From assembly GCA_040954595.2 (NCBI GenBank), contig CM082592.2, positions 7,737,677 to 7,801,676 of the forward strand: 64,000 nucleotides of DNA. The letters run 5' to 3'. Shown here in pieces: positions 25,001-37,900 of the stretch. The position numbers and the translations under genes were made by a program. This DNA comes from Balanoglossus misakiensis. Taxonomy: Eukaryota > Animalia > Hemichordata. The stretch's first letter is position 1; each line of letters opens with the position of its first letter. Below the pieces are notes generated by a model. That model searched no databases, had not been told where the DNA came from, and saw only the letters and a list, made by a program, of their open reading frames with translations.

Positions 25001-28000
25001 GGCTGAAGTCAGTTATGTGGTGTGTATTGGTCACAGGTCGACGAAGAGACTCGGGCTTTCATGCCAAGTGTTTATGTAAGAAAAGGGTCTATTGGATTGT
25101 TGTCTAGGCCAACCAACGTCCAGGTGTTCAATTCTGTGGTGGGCTTGACCGCGAGCGAGGTGAAATCTCCGTGCTGATTATTCTGGTCTTTGATTACAAC
25201 ACTTTGGCCTGGAAAATAAGTGGCAAAGTTCTGTGTCATCGTCAGACCCAAGCTTGTTAGCCGGCCATTGAATGAATCCCAAGTTTAACCGTTTCAGTAC
25301 AATTTACTGAAAACTGTCTGTAAACCAGAAACAGAGCAAGGAGTTTGGTCGTTCAGCTTTCAACATTGCGTGACTGCACGATTACTCATTGTTGAACCCT
25401 TTTCAAGTGTACAAGTGCTGTGTCATGTTTGCTCACCAGATTTGGAAAAAAGAAATGAAAATAAAGGGGAAGGATGTCTGCAGTAATTTCAATATTTGTA
25501 ATCAGAGAAAGGTCTTAATCCTGAAAAAAAACCTGCATATTAGGATTGATGACAACTACTTTATTAAAACAATGATAAGAGTATATTTTGGAAACGAGAA
25601 AATAACTGAAGTCTTCAAAACAAGATTTCATGACCTGAAAGTGTTGTTTCTGTAACAACAAAATAGTCCCGAGTTAGGTCTGGAAAGTTCATGGTAAATT
25701 TTGAAGAAAGGGTCACTTTTTTTAGCGGTCTGTTGAAACAACTGATTAAGCCGGCTGCTCTCTGGAGTTTTGCTGCCTGCAAGATTTGTTTTTCATCAAA
25801 CTTTAATGAGAAGTGCTAAAGATACTTGGAGGTTATCTAGACAACCGGCCAGTTGATGAGCCTTCGCTATCAGTTTGCTCTGGTGGCTGATAGGGTCTTA
25901 CATAATCGGCAAGGGTCCAAAAGTCTTTCCTATATACTTTTGTGATGGAAACCTGTCCCACCGCCCGATAAAAACCGACATAATGAGATATTAAAACGCG
26001 ATTGGCAAACGTGTTTGTTGGGCTCACACGACCAATTGAATGTTAGGTGTCACCTGTGAAGTAATTTACTCAGTCAGGTGTGGTAAAAGGGCAGTTGATA
26101 CGTCCCTGATAGCTTCCCTGCTGAAGAAGAAGGCAGGAAGGATTGTACTTCAGCAGGGCTTCGAAAATTGCACTAGTCAGCATTTCTTCCAAGCCTCCGC
26201 CCGTTGTTCCTAGAATGTCTAAAATGCCAATATTAAGTGTGTATGGTGTTATTAAAGTGAGATTACCTGAGCTATTTAGAAATTCAAGTGGACTTGACGT
26301 GGGACTGTGTTGATTGATTTTTTTTTTCCTTTTTGAACAAAACCTCTGAGTGTCATTTAAAGTGCTTTAGTTTCAGTCTTCGTTGAAAAGGAGTTGTGAA
26401 TCCCATCTGACAGGTTTATCAAACCACTTGACCAAGTCTTACCGTAATTGATTGATCTTTGTCTAATTAAAACTGGCTATAAATTTCAGAAGTACTGGTG
26501 AGTGGACTTCAGTTATGAAGATAGCGCAAGGACACTGAAATCTTGGTTCTTTAGTCATGAGAAATGATCCAACTTACTTAAAGCGATTGGTGCTTCGTTT
26601 ATCGTTGTTTTGAAATTAAGGTGCAAAGAAACCATGTCTGCCTGTTAGTTCTGTGCGATTGAATGCACGGGAGAGGAGGAGTAGCCCAGGACACTTGTTA
26701 TCTGACTCCCAGTCACCAGATTTTTGACCCTGGCCATTCAAAGAGCCAAAATTCATGTATGCAAAGAAAATAATGTACAAGAAGACCGATTGTGTTGGTG
26801 GAGAAAGGGAAAAAAGCAAGAGAGAATGTGTGGCAGTACCCGGGAATATTTTCCCTCTCCGACATGTGAATGCTCTGTGCTCTGTGTGGGGGGAGGACCA
26901 GGCAACACTGGTGTTCCATGGCCCGAGGGGGAAGAAATTGTGGAACGAGAGAGGGGGGGAGAGCGTTAAATAGAAGGTGTTTTGAGATTGTTTGAGTGGG
27001 ATTGCATTACCAGGTAAATGGGACTGATACCGCCCATTGTTCCTGTGAAAATGGCTCTCTGAAACTGATGAATGTTAATGAAATGGGTAAAAAAAGGGAA
27101 GGGGGGGGGGGGGGGATTGGCACAGTATTTCAGACCCCCTTTCCACAATCCAAGTAAAAAGCTAGGCTGTTGAGGTGATGTTTCTTCAAATTGTCCCGTT
27201 CAACTTCGCGTGGTTACTGTGTACATGTAAGTAAGGTCTTTGCTTTTGTGTGTGCAGCTTTTGCTTCGAAGAGCATTGAAGTCAGTATTAAATATGCGCC
27301 GGGGCTTTTCATGCTTGTGTTGTTGTTTCCCGGCCCTGACGTCACCCGGGCAGAGCAAACAAAGCAAGCCGACAGTAACTCATGATTGGCTGCCCTTTCC
27401 ATGGCTGACAAAGGCAGGCGACTGCAAATGACTGGGTGTTGGTAATAGGATTATGTGCCAATGCATCTGTTTTCAGTGTGAGTGGCCGGGGCTGGGGTCT
27501 CAAGCCAGGCCAATTCAATACACCGCTCTCCCCCCTCGTTTAATATGCAATTAGTATTTAGTGTTCTTTGCTTTTACAAAAAAAGAAGGGGCAGGGGTGT
27601 ACAGTCGACTATTTGCATCGAGCTCGCTAATCTACTTATTACAAGCCTCTGTTTTATAATTATCAGTCGAGAAGCAACACTTACTGTTGACATCAATGGA
27701 ATCTGGTGAAAAGCCCGTACCTCCTTGACTGCTCTGTGATCGCACTCTCAAGTGGGGGGACTCTTCTCAGGGATTATTTCATATGTAACTGTCAAGTCCT
27801 TCATGAAACGGTACCTCAAAATCATTGATAACTGTGATTGAAAATAGTAACTGTTGAGAAAAAATATGTGACTGTGAGAATTATCAAACAAAACTGGGTG
27901 TATTGCTTTTAAAATATTCAATACGGCACAAATATTTGCTTAATACATTCCATCGGAGTTTATTCATAAATGTTTATATCTTTGCATTAGATATAAACAC

Positions 28001-31000
28001 CAGAAAATGTTCTGGCCTGTGGTGGGAGTCAATAAAGTTTTCAAAATTTGAAACGTTTCTGACAAGATTAGAGATTTGTAGAACTAGTGTTAGGGGAAGA
28101 GGTAGCTTGTTCACGTGGGAGAATTAAGTCTTGTTCCCCCCTACCTTGAAAATGACATTGGTCCAAGTTGCTGCACGAACGGTGTCACCCTGAACCTGGA
28201 CCAAATTGGCGCTGCAAATAACGCGGGGCGATTTTCAAGAAAATGGGAGAATAATGAATGGTGTACACGCGTGTATGTCTGAGTGCCAGGCTTTTATTAC
28301 ATTCAGCATAGTTTTGTTGTTCTGGCCAATTGACATGTACTTTGCAGGGACTCTTTGCAATCAAGTGAAAAGAACAGGCTACAAGTGAACCCAGATTGAC
28401 TTACTCAGTTGGACTGTACCTTTCAGACACGATAACGGGCCATACAGGTACAGCACATATACATGTACACGAAGGGTCTCACTGGAATGACATGGTCCTT
28501 GCAGAGAGAGAAAGCTCAATATCCTGCAACGATTTTCACGTCATATTAGAGATATGTCCCCCACACAAAGTACCACCAATTATAGTTTAACCCCCTAGAG
28601 ATTTCTCAAGTGTTACACACAGCCCATTCTCCAAAGTAGCAATTTATTTATTTTCCCTGCAAATACCCGGTATTTGATTTTCTGTTGTGCCAGTGGGGAT
28701 GACCTCTGACCCAGTGGAAGGTCAGTGGCAAAACAAACTTGCCAATCTTGTTTCTGATATGATAAGAGCGCAGTCACAGCCTTCCAACTCACATGGCTAA
28801 TTACATTTCCAACCTTGTCTCAGACAGTGGAACTGCCAAAGCGGGCATAATTTAATCAAATCATCTGGCTAATATTAATTAAACGATAAGGCCGTACCTC
28901 CACCCCCACCTAGCCCCCCAGTAAGAGAAAAAAAAGAAGCAAAGAGGTACATGCACGCATAGGTTTTCAGGTGTCCAATCGCTGCCCGCGTGTTTGCTCT
29001 ATGGTTGACATTTTGAATAATGGCTGTTTTGGGTTGAGGTACATGTGTAATGATCGTTCGAGGAGAGCGGCTTTTTTATGAACAAGGTTGTTCGTGACAG
29101 AATAACATGTGTCGTTCTTTCAGAGCGGGATCTTGTAATTGTGATCAAGTGGCGGCGATACATGAAAAATTATCAACTACATGCCCTAAACGAGTGGCTA
29201 CCGGTTCAATATTTCAGCGGCTGACAGCTAGCGTGGTGAATGTTTACCTATCTGCAAAATCAGTCAAATGGACTGGCTAGCTAGTCAGTATTAGACGCCT
29301 GGACTTCATTTGTGTAGAGTTATCAGTATGCCAGCTTGCCGTAGCCCCAGAGTCATTAAATTTTAAGATGATTTAATCCCATTATGTTTTAATTATGAAA
29401 TTAATTTCAATTTGAAAAAAAGTCCCACATTGCGTGTGTTTAAGGATTCAGAAATGGTTATTTTGTTGTTTTTGGGTTTCAGTGTTCCAAATGCGTACAA
29501 CAGATGCTAACAACTGTTTTCTGTACTTTTTTCTTTCTGTCTGACAGGGCGAGAGCCAAGAAGGGAATTAAATTCAGTGCGGTCAGTCCCACGGAGGGAA
29601 GCGGATGGGATGTGGACTCCTCTCTCAACGATAAACAATCCAGTGTGTTGATCAACGCTGAAAAGGCAGCAGAGCCCACCCTCACAAGGTGAGTGTCGCA
29701 TGTGTTTAGAGAGAGAGGATACAAAATGCTTCTGTCAGTCAAACTCTGAAGTTGCTCTCGAGTGTAGCAAAGTCTAGAAATGGGTCCTTGTGGTTCTGAC
29801 TCTTCAGAACAGAACCACTGTGCTTTTAAAGCTTCGGTTGTATTAAAGGGACAAAGACGCACTTTCCTTGTTTCTTGTTACAACTCGCGCATCTTACTGT
29901 GCTACTCGTAATCAACTTGTACAGAGAACACGTACAAGCTGACCTTTCTTGAGACGTAAATAACCACCTTCATCGCAAAAGCAACCGTCAGTCTTCCTTT
30001 AATGTACATTACATACACTAACATTACTTGAATGTGCTACATGTGGTGACATTCAGAAAGCTTCATGAGACATGGCAATGTCAAACGGCACAAGGATGTT
30101 ATGACAATGTCTGGCTGACATAATTTATTTAGATTGACATACTTTGTTTTAGATAGCCTCTTCTCAATTTCATGGTCAGTGCATTAAGGAGGGATGGGAT
30201 ATGCACTGTTTGGTGTGCTGGCAGCTTGGTAGTGTCTGTTTGTGTCTGTCTGCATGATGAAACGCTTCCCACCATGCAAACCTGCTGAGGGGCTTGTACT
30301 TGTAGCATGTGTAATTATGTAAGCCTCAACGTCACAAAAATTGGCAAATTCACTTGGTTTAATACTAGTATCTATTCAACAACGAAAAAAAATGTATTTA
30401 CAGTTACAGTGTTGTCACTTGTCAGGGGTGAACTTATGCAGAAAGGCCATAATTCCACTTTTAAAACGGTGTATCATGTTTAGGTTTCAGTTTGTTACGC
30501 ATTCCAGTTGCAATTCAAGGTCAATGCGTGGAGCGTTTAAGGAGGGGAACGTCATTCCATGGTGAAAACAAACAAATGCGGATTAACCGCTTTTGATTGA
30601 AAAGTGCTCTTCATTTGACGTGATCGTGGGTGATTTCAATACAGAATGTGGATTCGGATGGAAATTGTGAAATTTATTAATGGCTGCGGTGCAAATACTG
30701 TTGATGAAAAAATCCCGAAATAGCTGAGATAAAATTCACAATGACGACTGATTTCATGGGCAGGTTTTAACTGCCACTGTTCAGTATATAATCATGAAAA
30801 GCAAGAATGCGTGCGTGTCTGTCTGTCTGTCTGTCTGTGTGCATGTTCACAGGACATGTAAAATGTTGAGAGGTTTGTTTAACTGGATATGTACCTCCGT
30901 GAAGAAGGGGAAATTAGATTCTTGGCAAATGTCGAGCAGCCCTCCTTCCCCGCTGATAGAATGGCCGGGGAAAAAAAAGGTTTTCTAAGGACAGAAAGCC

Positions 31001-31903
31001 CAGATGCCATTCAATTTCCAATCATCCAATTGGCCTTTTGTGAAACCCTAGAAAGTGTATGCCGGCCCGACACGAAAATGCAATTTTTGCCCTGGGGTAA
31101 CTGACTTCGGCAAGTGTTCCGCAAGACGTTGTCATGGTTACGCAGAAATTGCTCACTGCCCACTGCCGGTAATTAATTGATGATAAAAGGTATCTGCTGG
31201 GTAACCCTGTAGAAGATAGCAAAAATGTATCCCAGCATGCACGGCTGTCTGGAACAGCTAGCCACAACAACCTCCCACCCCCCTTTCCTCCCGGAGAAAG
31301 GAATTCCTGCAGTTTTATGTTTTCCATGTGTGTGTAATTGTTTTGTGGCATTGAAGTTGGACAAGGTAGAGGAGGGGTCTTCTTGCAAGTCGGACGTGGG
31401 GTTTTTTTTTTGGACAAAAGTTCAAAACAGGTGAAAACCCCAAAGCCAAGTATGCAGTCCAGATGAGTAATCATTGGACAGACAGCTTTGGCAGACCTAG
31501 AGGGGCGGCTTGTGTTGGCCTTTCCCGTGCCAACTGAACTGGAAACAGAAACGGTAAATAAGGCAGGCCTCGGGTTCGTACAAAGCAAATCAAGTATTTT
31601 TTTTCTTTTCTTCTGTTTTTTTTCTTCTTCTCCCCCTGCCTGCTTGGGCCTTGCGGATGTAGAGAGGCACGAGTTCTGGTTGACTGACTCAAACACAAGG
31701 CCCAGAGAAACACCCCAGTCACCAGCAACCGACCATGAAATTGCATACTCTGTCTTTCAGTGACGGGAGAGCCCACTCTTGTTCAGTGGCCGGGGCCCCC
31801 GCCACACAGCATTCACTTTAATACGCACGCAAAGCTCTTCAGTGAATGAGGGAGGGAGAGAGTCCACGTACTCTGTAAAAGCCCATCATATTCTTGCTTC
31901 GCG

Positions 31904-31985
<82 letters not shown>

Positions 31986-34900
31986 TACATACATACAGAA
32001 ATCACTGGTAATATTGACTTAAAATATCTGCAGATTTCAGGCTAAAATTGACATGTTTTAAATGCAAGTCTAGAGGAATATTTTTCTAACTCAAGATTTC
32101 ATACATTTTGCAAGCAACACTTATCCAAAACAATCTTCGTATACACTGTTCGTTGAAATCCAGTTCTGATCCGTACAACAGAGAAATAGTCAGATGGAGA
32201 TTTTGCACATATAATCCATGGAAGTAGCAACAGTAGCAACCGGAACACAATGCAGTCTAAGACGCGAATCCGGCCCTTCCTTGTCAACGTCCCATCCAAA
32301 TGTAAAACACTTGGAATAATTAATTTGTACTTAGCGCACCCATTTACATATGTTAGTTGGGGCAGCTTTGAATGCCACACAATTACGGCCAGTGCCTTGT
32401 TGACATGTTACACAACAACTTGACATTGTGGGCCGAGTGTTATATTCACTGTCAAGATTAAGTGGCCCGTTCTTGGAAACGGAACGACACGACAATTCCC
32501 TGGAGTGCCACTGAAGACGAAATTGAGTGAAGGGTTTTTGTTTCTGATTTTATTAAGGGGAAGGGGGGGGGGGAACTAGGAGTGATTTTGAAATACCCAA
32601 CCGATGTCTTTGTTGGCTTTGTTTATGGTATATTACCATGGCCATCAGACAGACTTATACATATTTACATGAAAGCTTCTCCAGAAGACAAAAAAACTCC
32701 AGATCCCCAGATTATGCCGAGTTTCTGGCCCCTAAGGCGAAACTGGGAGAGATTGCGACCGCTGATTGGCCAGCGACGGCTAAGCCCTCATTGTGGAGGC
32801 CTCCCCCCCGAACTCACTTATCCCATTGGAGGTGTATTGCCCCGTCGCGAACAAAAGCCCAGAGCTTGGCAGAAAGACAAGGCAAAAGCACTTGGGCGGC
32901 TCTCAGGACGGCACTATGCAAGGGAAGTGCCAGTGGGCCTGACTATTTAGGATTCTTGTTTGCTCCCACTTAGCAAGTTTTGGGAGTCGGAGAGGTCGTC
33001 GCAATACAAGCGACAGGTCAGTGAGTGGCTTTAAGCAAGCAGCCAATAGTTCCCTGCCATCAATGCCTGGATTAGCCGTTCTTTGGTCCCCGTTGTTGGT
33101 CAATTTTCTATTTACTCCAAAAGCCTGCCTCTTTCAATCAATTTTTTTTTTTTTGCGCAATGGCACTTTTGTTCCACAGGTGTCCATAGCAACGCTGGGC
33201 TGTCAATTACGTATTAATTTATTATCATATCTGTCAGGGTGGTATGTGATACACTGAGGGGAAAGTGAGAGAAGGGAAATTTTTAATCAAGATGATACAG
33301 GGCAGTTTGCTTTTGACTTGAGTATGTTAAAGACAGGTTTTGGGGATCATACCATCATGGTGTAAAAGGAAGGCTGTCAGTTTGGGTTTTGACCTCTGAC
33401 CCAAGGTGCAGGCAGTGACTGCTGTTCAAGAGTTCTATACCACAGCAGAAATAAGTAACAGGCATTTTTAATAGCTTGGGTATCGCTCGTTGTAGTTCTG
33501 TTACTGTCCAACTATCATGCAGTGTCGTGGAATCTCTACTTCTCAGGGGAGTTGCAAGGGATCTTATGAAGCACAATATCCAGGCTCTTTGATCCCCCAC
33601 ACCCCTGTAATCTGTCTCCACTTGGTACAGTCCACCTGGAAACGCAGTTTAGTGGCTGATGCCCACCATTGGCACACAAAATAGTGTCAACGTGACCTTG
33701 TGTATAGAAACAAAGAATAGTCCCCTGCACCCTGGTACACATGATGTGTCTTCGTGTCTGGGTGGGGATCTGGCGTGGGGAAAGGGACGGTTTCTGAATA
33801 AAAGGGGGTGCGGGATGAGCCCCAGGAGCAAGCGGCAGTTGGCTCGCGGCCTGTCAGCGAAACAGATGGCGCGGTGGCGGGACATGGTTGTTGTTCACCG
33901 CTCGCCTTTTTATTCCGGTCGGCACTCACTGGCGGTATATACTTCCGATTGCCAGGGGATGGCGAAAAGTTGTATTTTGAAATCGAGATTAAGGATAAAC
34001 ACCCACTGGAGATTTTTTAGAAAAAGAAAAAAAAACAGTGAAAGACAAAACCTGGCAGTCTGCAGGCAAGCAGTCGACTCCCACAATGCATTGCTGTTCC
34101 AGATTTGGGGCGGACACTCATGTCTTTTTAATGTTATGAGTTGATCTGAAACAATGCTGTGGGGTGTCAATTTTGTGGGTTTTTTTTTAACTTGAGCAAG
34201 TTTTTTTTTTCGCAGTAAAAAATTTTGAATTTATTGTGATGTCCTTGATGAAGTGAAAGGGAGAAGAACCAGTTTGACCCCAGTATCATGATAACGTCAG
34301 AAAAGTTATAGTTTTGAATTACAAAATGCGGGGAAGTGTAAATCATTTCGGATTTGCACTGCAGTCTGTCTGGTCTGATGGAGGTTGTAATGTTCTAAAT
34401 CTGTTAAAGTCTGCATCAGTGGTTTTGGCTTTAACCCTTTCACCACCATGGTTCAGTCCAAACCCATTGTTTCCTACGTAAAGTTGGACCTGTATAGAGG
34501 GAACTTGGGGGTGAACGGGTTAATTAGAGAAATTCTAGCTTTGTGTTGGTGATCACGTTACTTATGAAGTATGTCCCCACCTCCAACTTCTTCTGGTGAA
34601 GCTCTGTGTAGAAAAACGCATGTGGTCGCAGCTTTTCATCTTGGGAAAACTGCAATTTTGAATCGCAAAAGAAAATGACGAAGAAAAGGAGGAGAAAAAA
34701 AAGAGTCCCCCGACCGATGAATAAAAGTCAGTGTAATTAAATAAGTTGACAATCAGGAGGAGATGTGAAGGCAGAATGATGTTAAAAAGATACAAAAAGT
34801 CGGCTAACAATAACGCCAGTGTGCTGGGCTGAGTGTGGGGATTTTATACGTTCGTGTTTGTTGATAGAAATGGCTGTGGGTTTTGTGGTGTTGTTGCCTC

Positions 34901-37900
34901 TATTGATCCGTCCATTCCTGGGGTGAAATGAACTCCAGCAGAAGGTGATCTCGTGACCGGTAACACGATCGAGCTCCCCCCTTAGCAACAATAACCGCCG
35001 CTGTACCGAGGGAAGCGGGGAGGAAAAAAATGCAAAGTTTTCGTTGTGCGGTCTGGCCGACACTTTCAGAATTTTGTGACACGGGTTTGAAACGAGGAGA
35101 GCAAACATTCATTTTTTTTCTGAAATTAAAAATAAAACTAAACCATATGCCGCGATGGTTTGGGGAGTTTGAGACGTGTTTGCGGAGGTGTAATGGATAG
35201 GTGGTGTTAACCAACTCCAGTGTAGCCGGATTTTGCCGGGCCCTTACCGAACACAGAATACTCAACCAGGCAGAGACCACAAATTTACATACTCTGATTG
35301 CCAACATTCCAAACACCCCTATCAGTTGCAAATCTTCGGGATGACTTCATCTTCTTGTTAAAGTGTTTGAAACTCAAAAGGGAATAACCATGCTGCTCTT
35401 TTGTTTAATTTTTTTTTCGGCAGTAAACCCGAGAACACACACACACAGACGCACAGACGCACGATGTATGTTTTCGCCACTGAAAAACAGTGCCACCCAA
35501 GTGACAGAATTGAAACTTCTCTTTGAAGTGGGGTCCCTGTGTTGCGGAGCTATTCCAGTTGTGAAATGGTGAAATGTTGCCAATCAACATTTGCGTGTCA
35601 GAAAGTTAACACATCTCCCAATTGGACAACTTTTTCCAAGGCATTAGGCCAAAGGTCAGTCCATCTGACAAGGAAAGGTAGTAATTTTTTTATGACAACA
35701 AACTGAAATGTTTATGGGCTGTTTGGGTGGAAATCCAGAGCTTCATAATATCGTCTGCCGTATCGTAAATCTTTCTCAGTCAGAAATATCACCGCGACAG
35801 GAATATTCAGCCCCAGTTTTACGATCTCCAGGATTATTTATCATAAGTGTTCATCGTCACGACTTTTAATAAAATATTTCAAGGTCGGCCATTTTTCTTG
35901 TCCATAAAAAGAATGGTTAGGGGGAAAATTCAGCAAATTTTTGTGCATTTTTTTGAGAGAGAACCGTCCCGTTCATTTCTGCTATATCTCTGTTTCTGGC
36001 GAGCGTTTATACCGGTGTTGGGGGGTGACATGAGCTGAAAGTTGTTTGTGTATCAGAAATACACATCCATTCGGGCGTATTCAAAAGTTCGGCTTGAGTG
36101 ACCGTTCCCTTCAAGTCAGTTTTTCATGGTTGCCTACACACTAAAAGGCGCTGAGTTTGGGTGTCCTCAAAAGTCCGCCTTTGTGCCCCCCCGTACCATC
36201 CGGCTCCCTGTCAGTCTGCGGGCTAACCAACCTGAAAAGAAAAGTACAATTACGCGGCTGCCATCCGTTACACTCTCTGTCCCACTGTTCAATTTCCATC
36301 TTGATACACAAATAATTGTCATTCTATAGACTCGGCCAGAAGAGGCCCGCTTTTAACCCGATGATTGGTTATGAGTTGACCAAACTTTTTGGACCACGCA
36401 GTGAATGCACGCACGCTGCACTGCCTGAATCCAGCCGATGATCAGTGCAGCAGAAATGATATGTTTGCCGTCCGGGAGAATGGAACGTGGGGGCCAACGA
36501 GCTGTCTGAAAAAGAGTCTGCCTGTCACAAACATGTTTACCGAAATCAGTGCCTGTATTTTTTATGTTTGGATGCACGCACCCTTTTTGTATGGACTAGC
36601 TAAACTGTAGACCGAGCACTGGCTCTCCTCAGTTGGTCTCAAAGTTTTCTTTGCTCCATCTTCGTGTGTATATATAGTGCTGGTAAAAGAGAAATGTCTA
36701 ATGCTAGGTTCAATTCCTTTTCTTCTTCTCACATCTCCCCCTGTGAAAAAGTTGTACAGAGTAACGTAGATTGAAATGTCTGCAGCCCACATGCCCTGTG
36801 AAGTAGGTTGAAATCTGGACATGCTGTCGATATAACAAGAAAAAAAAATGCGTCTTCGTTTTACTTCAAAATATGGCAGATATTTTTAGATTAATGAAGA
36901 ATGTAGAGAGAGAGAAATGCACTTCAGGCTGTGTTATGTATCTGTGAAACATTTGCTTCCGAATGCATTCAAAATACCTCATCAAAGACATCTGTTTCCC
37001 CCTCTTGTTGTCCGGTCGTATTCTTACAACCCGAACTGAGTAACAGGCAACAAAAGTCGGCCACGGCCTGTGTATTAAAAGAAAGATTTGTCTTGTTCAA
37101 CAGAAGCGAGCTTCGCCGTTCTCCAATGACAGGCAAAGGTCATTGTGATACGTCGGATTTCAGTTTTAAACTGAAAAAAGATACTACTAGGTATTCAAGT
37201 ATTGCCGTGTCGTTTGCGAACGTGCGCCTTTTTTCAGTTCGAGCTCAACAAAGCCGGGGCAGCCGTCTCCCCTTCTTTCTTTTGCCGGTGTATCGATTTC
37301 AGTTGTATGATATTATCATTCCAGTCATGCCTGGGGTAAAGTTGATCCTGCGTTTGGATATTGAGATGAAGTTCAGCTAAAAACAAACAGGGAATCTCGG
37401 TTCCCCACTGCAAAGCCAAAACTACGGATTAACGCACACCGAACAAATGCTCAGGAGAAAAATCAGATGGGGGGAGAATCTTTATAGTGACGTCAAAAAT
37501 ACAAGGGGTGCCGAGATTTTCTGTGACATGTAACTTAGTGCCCAATTTCACCACAATCTCCCCAAAACTCCCTGAAACTCCACAGAGTCTTCACTGAAAA
37601 GTCTGACTCTCTCCCTTGCATTGAGATCATTCCCAGCGACATGTGGTGGCAGTGCGTCGGATATGGTGTTGATTTTAAATCGGATACAACAGATAGCCCT
37701 AATGGACATACATCAGCGCAAACAAGACACAAATGATAGTGTTTAGAAGAAATTATGAGATTTGGAATGGGTCGGCTGTCACGAGCCTGCTTGTCAATTT
37801 ATTGGTATGTACGTTGCCTTACATGCGTAAGGGTTCGCATCAGCGACTCCGATCTCTGAGCAAGGCTACGTCTTACTGGATGCACCTGGCAAGAGTATAG

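Noticed and set aside
31022-31776. 224-aa minus-strand ORF in TMEM132 intron 3
   Set aside because: Low complexity derived from poly-T tracts (KKQKKRKK); no homology recognised
31779-32045. His-Thr repeat ORF
   Set aside because: It is the translation of the (CA)n microsatellite
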